A stretch of 9,573 nt of DNA from sequence record OY723351.1; one strand, given 5' to 3'. Both the position numbers and the translations under genes were made by a program. How positions within the stretch are numbered: the first letter of the stretch is position 1; the number at the start of each line of letters is the position of its first letter. The notes below the pieces were generated by a model. The model was not told where the DNA came from, ran no database searches, and saw only the letters and a program-made list of their open reading frames with translations. This document shows positions 1 through 8,922 of this stretch, piece by piece.

Positions 1-144
1 CCCCTACCCTATGATATAGGTACCATGCAGAGCATGTGTACTCCTTATAGCATATGTAGTGATCCCCATGGTCTCTAAGGGATCTGGTGATGTCCTGGAT
101 ACCACCATAATCATGTAATCTGAGTACATCAAATCATGTGTTTT
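1..144. repeat. E segment, copy 0 (follows in register from the P block that ends the window)
   Basis: cccctaccctatgatataggtaccatgcagagc... aligns base for base with 2190-2333, 5326-5469 and 6612-6755. Only a few substitutions (73, 94, 102). It is followed at 145-163 by a degenerate K-box (gatgacatgatctgatgcc). Confidence 0.9.
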
Positions 145-443
145 GATGACATGATCTGATGCCATGATCTCATGATCTGATGGTATGATGAGTACATACC
201 CATAGAGGGTACATGCCATACCACCATTGCAGAGGGTATAGGTATACATAGTACTCTGGTGTGGTTCTAGCAGGCACTAAGCCGTAAGACTATCGCCCCC
301 GTGTCTGTTACGCATAGGATGACTGTACCAGTGATACCCTACACCATATCTATGACAGTGAGTATGTACTACACCTTCACGACGAGTACATCATCTCATA
401 CCACCATTGTATATCATGTACTCATTACATACATAGTATCAAT

Positions 444-495
444 GTATACATGTACTGATAGTGGTATTGCACATAGTACTAGTGATAGTATACAT
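444..495. repeat. About 50-bp direct repeat inside U1, copy 1
   Basis: gtatacatgtactgatagtggtattgcacatagtactagtgatagtatacat recurs with a few changes at 665-714. Shorter relatives (catgtactgatag) lie near 580 and 1065. Confidence 0.8.
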
Positions 496-664
496 ACTGT
501 ACATAGTATCTGTATCCATTACATACATATGTATACATGTACTAATACATACGTACTGTGCATGATGTATTACAGTGCATGTACTGATAGAGACAGTGAT
601 TCGTACATGCTATACGTCCTAGTAATCATGCCGCTACAGTATCATACATACACTATACACAGTT

Positions 665-714
665 GTATACATGTACTGATAGGTATTGCATACACTACTA
701 GTGATGGTATACAT
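665..714. repeat. About 50-bp direct repeat inside U1, copy 2
   Basis: gtatacatgtactgataggtattgcatacactactagtgatggtatacat; partner of 444-495. Confidence 0.8.
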
Positions 715-1108
715 GTACTGATGATGTATTGGTTAGTAGTATAGTAGTACTCATAGCATGCACAGTACTAGTAGTAACACCCTGTACAGTATACAGTACA
801 CAGTACATCGCTGTATGTATGTTGTGCCAGTGCCTGTACGGATACACCACTACACTGTATCAGTAGATAGTAGTAGTACTCTGCTAATGATGATAGGTAT
901 ACTGTATCACTGTATCTCTGCTGTAGAGCATGTGTATACTGTGCAATGGTATTACTGCTACACATCACTAGTGCTATAGATGTACTGTATGCTGGTATCC
1001 CTCTATTGACTACATAGCATACGTACTCCTTATCTTGCTATTCAGTGTTACTGTATAAGCTGATGTACTGATAGGTATACATGTAGTGGTCATGTTAAAG
1101 GTCACGTT

Positions 1109-1199
1109 ATCGTATACTAGTGCATAGTCTCTCCCTTGGTCCCTCACTCCCTGTATGGCAGTGTATAGACCATGTAGAGAGACTATGCACTAATACGAT
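1109..1199. repeat. Long imperfect inverted repeat (hairpin/cruciform-capable)
   Basis: Left arm 1109-1133 is atcgtat(ac)tagtgcatagtctctc. Right arm 1177-1199 is gagagactatgcactaatacgat. The 16-bp core is perfect (1118-1133 / 1177-1192), plus 7 further bp across a 2-nt bulge. The loop is 43 nt. Confidence 0.85.
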
Positions 1200-1230
1200 G
1201 TGCATACCTATCCATTAACTACATCATTAG

Positions 1231-1445
1231 ATACATCAAACCATGTGTTTCATGTCATTAGATGTATCAATACATGATACTACTAGTACTCTCTAGATAC
1301 TCATAGTACTCCATACACCTCTGCAATGGTGGTATGGTACCCGTACTCCCCATGTACTGTATACCATAGGATACATGGTACTAATGGTGTGTATGCTGTT
1401 GTACTAGTGGTATTAGATGTGTATACCTACTCATAATGAGTACTT
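1231..1445. repeat. R1 unit, copy a (5' third diverged, degenerate K-box at 1250-1268)
   Basis: Aligns to R1 at 2566-2772 and 5662-5867. Similarity is weak with indels up to about 1302 and high from atagtactccatacacc (1303) onward. Confidence 0.8.
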
Positions 1446-1539
1446 CATGTCATCAAAACACATGATTTCATGTCATCAAATGCATGCAATTACATGATAT
1501 TCCGTGTATCTAATGATGTGCTGGATACTCCCTAATGGC

Positions 1540-1665
1540 CATAATGGCTCTTAGAGGATATGGGGGTACTCCCCGTAGGCCTCTCGGTAGCCTGGATGTG
1601 CAGAGAGGGTATTCCCTGTGGAGGTGGTCTCCTCAGGTATCCCGTATGCCATATCCTGTCATTAG
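1540..1665. repeat. M module, copy 1
   Basis: cataatggctcttagaggatatggggg...ccatatcctgtcattag. One of 5 copies. The core 1555-1657 is closed by aggatatgg / ccatatcct. Confidence 0.9.
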
Positions 1666-1684
1666 ATGTGTATACCTACTCATT

Positions 1685-2189
1685 TCATGTCATCAAATCA
1701 TGTGTTTTCATGTCATCAAATGCATGCCAATACCATGATATCTGGTGTTACAGGGACTCCTCTAGATACCCATAGTACTCCATATACTCCCGTAATGGTG
1801 TAATGGTACCCGTAGCCCCATGTCCTATATACCATAGGATACATGGTCTGCTGGTATGTATCTAGTAGTACTCGTTGCCTGTACCCCTCCGAAAGGGTCT
1901 AAATACACCATTTTAGGGGTCCAAAACACCCATTTTAGGGTCCTAAAAGTGCTCATGGGGGTACCCCCACGAGCCCTTTTTATGACCATTTCTGGGCTTG
2001 ATTTGCGGACCCCTTTTGGGGGATTGAATCACCCGTTTTGGTACCTCCAGAAAGGTGCCAAAGTGGTCATTTTAGACACCCCCAAATCATGTATTTGGAC
2101 CCTTTTGGGGACCTCATACCATGGCACCATCCTCTGAGCACATACCATGTATCTAGAGGATATGGTCTCCATAGGTATCATGAGGGATA
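1685..2189. repeat. R1v-P composite block, copy 1
   Basis: Starts with half-box plus K-box (1686, 1709). The R1-like variant runs to about 1848. The P domain follows (gggtctaaatacaccattttagggg ... catgagggata). Matches 6107-6611 and 9068-9573. Confidence 0.9.
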
Positions 2190-2333
2190 CCCCTACCCTA
2201 TGATATAGGTACCATGCAGAGCATGTGTACTCCTTATAGCATATGTAGTGATCCCCATGGTGTCTAAGGGATCTGGTGATGTACTGGATATCACCATAAT
2301 CATGTAATCTGAGTACATCAAATCATGTGTTTT
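2190..2333. repeat. E segment, copy 1
   Basis: Same 144-bp sequence as 1-144, 5326-5469 and 6612-6755. Confidence 0.9.
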
Positions 2334-2565
2334 CATGTCATCAAATGCATGCAATTACATGATGATACTACTCATGAGTACCTACTCGTAGTAGTATACA
2401 TGTGGTATCCATGGTATACATAGTACTCGTAGTGTATGCTGTTAGGCTATGGTATAGGGGTATCCTGCATCCCCATACCCTCCGTGCATACTACTAGTAT
2501 CCTGTGTATCACTAGATACTATATGTGTATACATACTACTAATGAGCACATCGAATCATGTGTTT
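2334..2565. repeat. Q unit, copy 1 (K-box to next K-box)
   Basis: K-box then aattacatgatgatactactcatgagtacc...cactagatact. Repeated at 2773-2985, 6756-6987 and 7194-7405. Confidence 0.85.
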
Positions 2566-2772
2566 CATGTCATCAAATGCATGCAATATCATGATATCTG
2601 GTGTCTACTGGATACTCCCTATATACCATATAGTACTCCATACACCTCTGCAATGGTGGTATGGTACCCGTACTCCCCATGTACTGTATACCATAGGATA
2701 CATGGTACTAATGGTGTGTATGCTGTTGTACTAGTGGTATTAGATGTGTATACCTACTCATAATGAGTACTT
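2566..2772. repeat. R1 unit, copy c
   Basis: K-box then aatatcatgatatctggtgtctactggatactccc...ctcataatgagtactt. A 207-bp unit bounded by K-boxes at 2566 and 2773. Confidence 0.9.
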
Positions 2773-2985
2773 CATGTCATCAAATGCATGCATTTACATG
2801 ATGATACTACTCATGAGTACCTACCCGTAGTAGTATACATGTAGTATCCATGGTATACATAGTACTCGTAGTGTATGCTGTTAGGCTATGATGTAGGGGT
2901 ATCCCGTACCCCTCATACCATCCGTGCATACTACTAGTATCCTGTATATCACTAGATACTGTATATGATCATACGTGCAAACCAT
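2773..2985. repeat. Q unit, copy 1' (forms a 439-bp Q-R1 period with 2334-2772)
   Basis: Aligns to 2334-2565 up to cactagatact, then diverges into the S segment. Confidence 0.85.
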
Positions 2986-3633
2986 GTGTTCAGATGTCTC
3001 GAAACATGTGTTTTGGTGTCATGACATACACATTCTATACTACTAATGAGTACCTGTACATGGTATGTGCTGTAAGGGATACTAGGGGATATGGTGCATA
3101 CCTCTAATGGGGCATATGCTGCCATTAGGGATACCCCCAATACCTATAGTACTCTGTATAGCTCATTACACCATGATATGCAATAGTAGTGGATTCGCTC
3201 ATCTCGACTAGATCATGTCACGAAATGACATGTTTTGGGAGGTGTGCCGATACCCACTAGTAACACAGATACTGTATGGTATGCAGGTATCCCCATTCCC
3301 TCGATAAAGAGGCATCAGGGGATATGCACATGCCACCAGTACACTAAGGACTCTAAGGGGTGCCAAAAGGGGTCCAAAAGTGCTCATTTTAGGGGTACCC
3401 GTAAATGGCATAATTGCCCCGATTTCGCGTACTCATATTCCTAAGGTCACTGTAAGGAATATGGTCTCCGGCGATGGCATTCCCATTGTGTGCATCCGAA
3501 AAGGGCATAAAATGACCCATTTTAGGCACTTTTGGGCCTTTTGGGGTCGCAAATGTGCACATTAAGACCCCTAATGTCTCCAAAAGGGTCCAAAATGATG
3601 CATTCGTTTTCTGTCTGACTCGGATCCGCCCTT

Positions 3634-3652
3634 CGCGCGCGCGCGCGTGTGT
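3634..3652. repeat. (CG)7(TG)n alternating purine/pyrimidine tract
   Basis: cgcgcgcgcgcgcgtgtgt read directly. An identical copy lies at 8054-8072. Confidence 0.95.
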
Positions 3653-4056
3653 TACTATACACTAAGGGCACACAATTTAGGGGTTCCGAGCACCTCCAGA
3701 CCCCCAATCCGACACCCTCTGGGATACCCTATCTGAGGGGTACGGGCCCGAATCCCTTAGGAGCACCTTAGGGATGGCATTGGGGAGGGGTCTGGGAGCA
3801 CCCAGAAAGGGTCCCAAAACGAGTGATTTAGGGTCCAAAACACCCATTTTGGGAGGTCTCGGGATACCTCAGATACCCCATTTCTGGAGGTCTTGGGGTC
3901 CTCAGATCATGGCATCCGTGTCCTCAGATACCTAATACCTATGGTCTGCGAGTCCTTAGTACCTATCTGCATGGTCTGTATGCCCGTATCCTCTGTGCCA
4001 TGTCCTCTGTGCATGTCCTCAGTACCTCTCTGCGAGTCCTTAGTACCTAATGCCTA

Positions 4057-4104
4057 TACCTATCTGCATACCTATCTGCATACCTATCTGCATACCTATC
4101 TGCA
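4057..4104. repeat. 12-mer microsatellite (tacctatctgca) x4
   Basis: Four perfect tandem units. An isolated copy of the word lies near 3961. The flanks carry a 21-bp direct repeat tctgcgagtccttagtaccta (3945-3965 / 4029-4049). Confidence 0.95.
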
Positions 4105-4502
4105 CAGGTCCTCAGATACATCGCGAGCATCCCCGGACCCCATATCTCATGATCTGATGGTCTCCGGATCCGCTCATGGTCTCCAGATCTGCACATCCCC
4201 AGACCCCTAATCCGATACCCACAGCATATGGTCTCATAGTATGTATCTAATGGTGATGGTATCCATAGTGGTCTGTATCCCTACTACACACACCATGGTA
4301 TGTAGTGCATATGGTCTGTATGCCCTCATGGTCTCCGGATCCCTGCATCCCTGGATCCCATACCCATGGCATCCCCAGACCCCGGATCTCATGATTCCAG
4401 ACCCCAAATCCATCATTTTGAGACCTCTAAAATCATCATTTTAGACCCCAAAACCATGGATTTCAGGTCCTCAGATATGCTCTCCGGGATGCTCGTAATG
4501 GT

Positions 4503-4628
4503 CATAATGGCTCTCAGAGGATATGGGGATACTCCCCGTAGGCCTCTCGGTAGCCCAGGATGCACGGAGGGACATTCCCTGTGGAGGTGATCTCCTCAGG
4601 TATCCCGTATGCCATATCCTGTCATTAG
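4503..4628. repeat. M module, copy 2
   Basis: cataatggctctcagaggatatgggga...ccatatcctgtcattag. The core 4518-4620 is closed by aggatatgg / ccatatcct. Confidence 0.9.
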
Positions 4629-4647
4629 GTACCCATTCCGACCCATT

Positions 4648-5053
4648 TGGTGTCCCCAAAATCATCACTTTTGGTGACCAAAGGGGTACCCCTTTGCAAC
4701 ACGTTTTGGGACCCCCTAAAATGGTCACTTTTGGGACCTCTTTAGGTACCCTTCCCGGCACCCCTTAAGGGCCATCCTTCGAGGAATGGCACCATTTAGG
4801 GGGTCTGAAAGGGGGTCAGAAAGGGTGCTAAAAGGGTACATGCATGAGTACTCACACACCATCTTTAAGGGGTTTCGGGGGTTCTGTATCCCTCGAAGGA
4901 TCCCCCTTAGTATATGGGGTGGTGTTCCCATGTGCAAAAGGGGCTAAAAGAGGTGTTTTCGACCCTTTTTGCATGCCAAAACCACCAAAATCGATGGTTT
5001 TGAGCACCCCAAATCACTCATTTTGGGGGTTTCGGGCCCTGTCCAATACCCTC
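4648..5053. other. T: segment with no long match elsewhere in the window; rich in CCAAAA-N7/8-TTTTGG type palindromic motifs
   Basis: Copy B has no counterpart here, because B leaves the alignment at 9067|9068. Only short, overlapping ORFs are present. Confidence 0.7.
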
Positions 5054-5152
5054 CATAATGGTCTCTTAGAGGATATGGGGTACTGCATGTAGGCCTCTCG
5101 GTAGCCCAGGATGCACGGAGGGACATTCCCTGTGGAGGTGATCTCCTCAGGT
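5054..5152. repeat. M module, copy 3 (3'-truncated)
   Basis: Matches M2 from cataatgg through cctcaggt, then diverges (tccataatgccc). The 3' arm of the closing stem is missing. Confidence 0.85.
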
Positions 5153-5212
5153 TCCATAATGCCCTAGATGTGCTAATCCCGTGCCGATACCTACTCGCAA
5201 CACATGTTTTGG

Positions 5213-5325
5213 GACCCCTAAAACATGTATTTCGACCCATTTGGGGTCCTCATACCATGGCACCATCCTCTGTGCACATACCATGTATCTAGAGGATGTG
5301 GTCTCCATAGGTATCGTGGGCATAT
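5213..5325. repeat. P block, 3' fragment
   Basis: ccctaaaacatgtatttcgacccatttggggtcctcataccatggcaccatcctctgtgcac... aligns with 2078-2189 with several substitutions. Confidence 0.8.
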
Positions 5326-5469
5326 CCCCTACCCTATGATATAGGTACCATGCAGAGCATGTGTACTCCTTATAGCATATGTAGTGATCCCCATGGTGTC
5401 TAAGGGATCTGGTGATGTACTGGATATCACCATAATCATGTAATCTGAGTACATCAAATCATGTGTTTT
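5326..5469. repeat. E segment, copy 2
   Basis: Same 144-bp sequence. It carries the g/a variants (5398, 5419) also seen in copy 1. Confidence 0.9.
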
Positions 5470-5661
5470 CATGTCATCAAATGCATGCAATATCATGATA
5501 TCTGGTGTCTACTGGATACCCTCTATACACCATATAGTACCCAAATACCTGCAAGGGCGGATCCTTATGGTTCCCCTTGTACGGATATGCTGTAGTACTA
5601 GTGTTAGTGGTACCCATAATGAGTACATATCGAGTACTTCATATCATCAAATCATGTGTTT
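5470..5661. repeat. R1 unit, copy d (degenerate, internally deleted)
   Basis: K-box plus the first 85 bp or so match R1. The middle is replaced or diverged (gggcggatccttatgg...). The 3' end is again R1-like (cccataatgagtac). Confidence 0.7.
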
Positions 5662-5867
5662 CATGTCATCAAATGCATGCCATTACATGATATCTGGTGA
5701 TTACTGGATACTCCCTATATACCATATAGTACTCCATACACCTCTGCATGGTGTAATGGTACCCGTACTCCCCATGTACTGTATACCATAGGATACATGG
5801 TACTAATGGTGTGTATGCTGTTGTACTAGTGGTATTAGATGTGTATACCTACTCATAATGAGTACTT
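5662..5867. repeat. R1 unit, copy e
   Basis: K-box at 5662, next half-box at 5868. Positional homologue of 1231-1445. Confidence 0.9.
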
Positions 5868-5961
5868 CATGTCATCAAAACACATGATTTCATGTCATCA
5901 AATCTATGCAATTACATGATATTCCGTGTATCTAATGATGTGCTGGATACTCCCTAATGGC

Positions 5962-6087
5962 CATAATGGCTCCTTAGAGGTATGGGGATACTCCCCGTAG
6001 GCCTCTCGGTAGCCTGGATGTGCAGAGAGGGTATTCCCTGTGGAGGTGGTCTCCTCAGGTATCCCGTATGCCATATCCTGTCATTAG
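5962..6087. repeat. M module, copy 4
   Basis: Positional homologue of M1. The 5' stem arm has lost one base (aggtatgg instead of aggatatgg). Confidence 0.9.
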
Positions 6088-6106
6088 ATGTGTATACCTA
6101 CTCATT

Positions 6107-6611
6107 TCATGTCATCAAATCATGTGTTTTCATGTCATCAAATGCATGCCAATACCATGATATCTGGTGTTACAGGGACTCCTCTAGATACCCATAGTAC
6201 TCCATATACTCCCGTAATGGTGTAATGGTACCCGTAGCCCCCATGTCCTATATACCATAGGATACATGGTCTGCTGGTATGTATCTAGTAGTACTCGTTG
6301 CCTGTACCCCTCCGAAAGGGTCTAAATACACCATTTTAGGGGTCCAAAACACCCATTTTAGGGTCCTAAAAGTGCTCATGGGGGTACCCCCACGAGCCCT
6401 TTTTATGACCATTTCTGGGCTTGATTTGCGGACCCCTTTTGGGGGATTGAATCACCCGTTTTGGTACCTCCAGAAAGGTGCCAAAAGTGGTCATTTTAGA
6501 CCCCTAAATCATGTATTTAGACCCTTTTGGGGACCTCATACCATGGCACCATCCTCTGAGCACATACCATGTATCTAGAGGATATGGTCTCCATAGGTAT
6601 CATGAGGGATA
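6107..6611. repeat. R1v-P composite block, copy 2
   Basis: Matches 1685-2189 and 9068-9573, differing by a handful of substitutions and 1-2-bp indels. Confidence 0.9.
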
Positions 6612-6755
6612 CCCCTACCCTATGATATAGGTACCATGCAGAGCATGTGTACTCCTTATAGCATATGTAGTGATCCCCATGGTCTCTAAGGGATCTGGTG
6701 ATGTCCTGGATATCACCATAATCATGTAATCTGAGTACATCAAATCATGTGTTTT
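6612..6755. repeat. E segment, copy 3
   Basis: Same 144-bp sequence. It carries the c/c variants (6684, 6705) shared with copy 0. Confidence 0.9.
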
Positions 6756-6987
6756 CATGTCATCAAATGCATGCAATTACATGATGATACTACTCATGAG
6801 TACCTACTCGTAGTAGTATACATGTGGTATCCATGGTATACATAGTACTCGTAGTGTATGCTGTTAGGCTATGGTATAGGGGTATCCTGCATCCCCATAC
6901 CCTCCGTGCATACTACTAGTATCCTGTGTATCACTAGATACTATATGTGTATACATACTACTAATGAGCACATCGAATCATGTGTTT
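6756..6987. repeat. Q unit, copy 2
   Basis: Positional homologue of 2334-2565. Confidence 0.85.
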
Positions 6988-7193
6988 CATGTCATCAAAT
7001 GCATGCAATATCATGATATCTGGTGTCTACTGGATACTCCCTATATACCATATAGTACTCCATACACCTCTGCATGGTGTAATGGTACCTATACTCCCCA
7101 TGTACTGTATACCATAGGATACATGGTACTAATGGTGTGTATGCTGTTGTACTAGTGGTATTAGATGTGTATACCTACTCATAATGAGTACTT
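6988..7193. repeat. R1 unit, copy g
   Basis: Positional homologue of 2566-2772, but it carries the ctgcatggtgtaatgg variant seen in 5662-5867. Confidence 0.9.
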
Positions 7194-7405
7194 CATGTCA
7201 TCAAATGCATGCAATTACATGATGATACTGCTCATGAGTACCTACCCGTAGTAGTATACATGTAGTATCCATGGTATACATAGTACTCGTAGTGTATGCT
7301 GTTAGGCTATGATGTAGGGGTATCCCGTACCCCTCATACCATCCGTGCATACTACTAGTATCCTGTATATCACTAGATACTGTATATGATCATACGTGCA
7401 AACCA
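7194..7405. repeat. Q unit, copy 2'
   Basis: Positional homologue of 2773-2985. Confidence 0.85.
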
Positions 7406-8053
7406 TGTGTTCAGATGTCTCGAAACATGTGTTTTGGTGTCATGACATACACATTCTATACTACTAATGAGTACCTGTACATGGTATGTGCTGTAAGGGA
7501 TACTAGGGGATATGGTGCATACCTCTAATGGGCATATGCTGCCATTAGGGATACCCCCAATACCTATAGTACTCTGTATAGCTCATTACACCATGATATG
7601 CAATAGTAGTGGATTCGCTCATCTCGACTAGATCATGTCACGAAATGACATGTTTTGGGAGGTGTGCCGATACCCACTAGTAACACAGATACTGTATGGT
7701 ATGCAGGTATCCCCATTCCCTCGATAAAGAGGCATCAGGGGATATGCACATGCCACCAGTACACTAAGGACTCCAAGGGGTGCCAAAAGGGGTCCAAAAG
7801 TGCTCATTTTAGGGGTACCCGTAAATGGCATAATTGCCCCGATTTCGCGTACTCATATTCCTAAGGTCACTGTAAGGAATATGGTCTCCGGCGATGGCAT
7901 TCCCATTGTGTGCATCCGAAAAGGGCATAAAATGACCCATTTTAGGCACTTTTGGGCCTTTTGGGGTCGCAAATGTGCACATTAAGACCCCTAATGTCTC
8001 CAAAAGGGTCCAAAATGATGCATTCGTTTTCTGTCTGACTCGGATCCGCCCTT

Positions 8054-8072
8054 CGCGCGCGCGCGCGTGTGT
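8054..8072. repeat. (CG)7(TG)n alternating purine/pyrimidine tract, copy B
   Basis: Identical to 3634-3652. Confidence 0.95.
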
Positions 8073-8476
8073 TACTATACACTAAGGGCACACAATTTAG
8101 GGGTTCCGAGCACCTCCAGACCCCCAATCCGACACCCTCTGGGATACCCTATCTGAGGGGTACGGGCCCGAATCCCTTAGGAGCACCTTAGGGATGGCAT
8201 TGGGGAGGGGTCTGGGAGCACCCAGAAAGGGTCCCAAAACGAGTGATTTAGGGTCCAAAACACCCATTTTGGGAGGTCTCGGGATACCTCAGATACCCCA
8301 TTTCTGGAGGTCTTGGGGTCCTCAGATCATGGCATCCGTGTCCTCAGATACCTAATACCTATGGTCTGCGAGTCCTTAGTACCTATCTGCATGGTCTGTA
8401 TGCCCGTATCCTCTGTGCCATGTCCTCTGTGCATGTCCTCAGTACCTCTCTGCGAGTCCTTAGTACCTAATGCCTA

Positions 8477-8524
8477 TACCTATCTGCATACCTATCTGCA
8501 TACCTATCTGCATACCTATCTGCA
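8477..8524. repeat. 12-mer microsatellite (tacctatctgca) x4, copy B
   Basis: Identical unit count and sequence to 4057-4104. Confidence 0.95.
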
Positions 8525-8922
8525 CAGGTCCTCAGATACATCGCGAGCATCCCCGGACCCCATATCTCATGATCTGATGGTCTCCGGATCCGCTCATGGT
8601 CTCCAGATCTGCACATCCCCAGACCCCTAATCCGATACCCACAGCATATGGTCTCATAGTATGTATCTAATGGTGATGGTATCCATAGTGGTCTGTATCC
8701 CTACTACACACACCATGGTATGTAGTGCATATGGTCTGTATGCCCTCATGGTCTCCGGATCCCTGCATCCCTGGATCCCATACCCATGGCATCCCCAGAC
8801 CCCGGATCTCATGATTCCAGACCCCAAATCCATCATTTTGAGACCTCTAAAATCATCATTTTAGACCCCAAAACCATGGATTTCAGGTCCTCAGATATGC
8901 TCTCCGGGATGCTCGTAATGGT

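Larger units (their letters stand above)
164..1230. other. U1: segment with no long match elsewhere in the window; AT-richer, alternating purine/pyrimidine, non-coding
   Basis: No long match elsewhere in the window; only short shared words (ggtatacatagtactc at 241-256 = 2413-2428). Hand count of line 481-540 gives 17/60 G+C. Long perfect R/Y alternation, e.g. tacatacatatgtatacatgtac at 520-542. The 147-aa ORF at 301-744 is Y/T/H/S/C/M low complexity. Confidence 0.75.
2986..4502. repeat. S segment, copy A (one per large unit; GC-richer, non-coding)
   Basis: Line-by-line comparison with 7406-8922 shows two differences: G4 (3109-3112) versus G3 (7530-7532), and t3354 versus c7774. Hand count of line 3721-3780 gives 35/60 G+C. 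Confidence 0.9.
1303..4647. repeat. Large direct duplication, copy A
   Basis: Collinear with 5726-9067 at an offset drifting from 4423 to 4420 through small indels. Duplicated ORF-track entries confirm it (1560/5982, 3208/7628, 3893/8313, 4234/8654, 4523/8943). Confidence 0.95.
7406..8922. repeat. S segment, copy B
   Basis: Near-identical to 2986-4502 (two differences found by eye). Confidence 0.9.

Noticed and set aside
301-744. Longest ORF in the window (147 aa, + strand)
   Set aside because: The translation is low-complexity (Y, T, H, S, C, M, I, V) and simply mirrors the TA/CA/TG-rich DNA. There is no recognisable domain or motif, and no start context I can support. It lies in alternating R/Y DNA where stop codons happen to be out of frame.
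1810-1817. ccgtagcc matching the first 8 nt of the dinoflagellate spliced-leader core (CCGTAGCCATTTTGGCTCAAG, recalled from memory)
   Set aside because: The match stops after 8 nt (followed by ccatgtcc). An 8-mer match is expected by chance.
1933-1948. Telomere-like TTTTAGGG / CCTAAAA words (also near 1911, 3386, 3676 and 9317)
   Set aside because: They occur singly or as one inverted pair and are never in tandem. They belong to the broader A-run/T-run motif family, so this is not a telomere or an interstitial telomeric array.
1856-2137. 93-aa ORF with a 99-aa counterpart at 6279-6578 (and the P copy at 9233-9573)
   Set aside because: The copies differ by frame-shifting 1-2-bp indels after LQKGAK, so the C-termini are unrelated. 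There is no frame conservation, so it is not coding.
3214-3236. Hairpin catgtca-cgaaa-tgacatg followed by tttt (terminator-like)
   Set aside because: The stem is only 7 bp with modest GC, the T-run is short, and there is no upstream gene to terminate. Comparable small hairpins are common in this palindrome-rich DNA.
3741-3760. tRNA T-arm-like string gggcccgaatccc
   Set aside because: The loop sequence does not match TTCRANY, and I could not build an acceptor, D or anticodon stem around it.
3893-4210. 105-aa ORF, duplicated at 8313-8630
   Set aside because: It reads through the 12-mer microsatellite, giving (YLHT)n, and through pyrimidine-rich low-complexity DNA. It is duplicated only because the DNA is duplicated, and it overlaps other short ORFs.
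4916-4926. ggggtggtgtt resembling the kinetoplast minicircle universal sequence GGGGTTGGTGTA (recalled from memory)
   Set aside because: There is a single occurrence, with one deletion and one mismatch. It is not located in any of the conserved repeated modules, and the composition is not kinetoplast-like.
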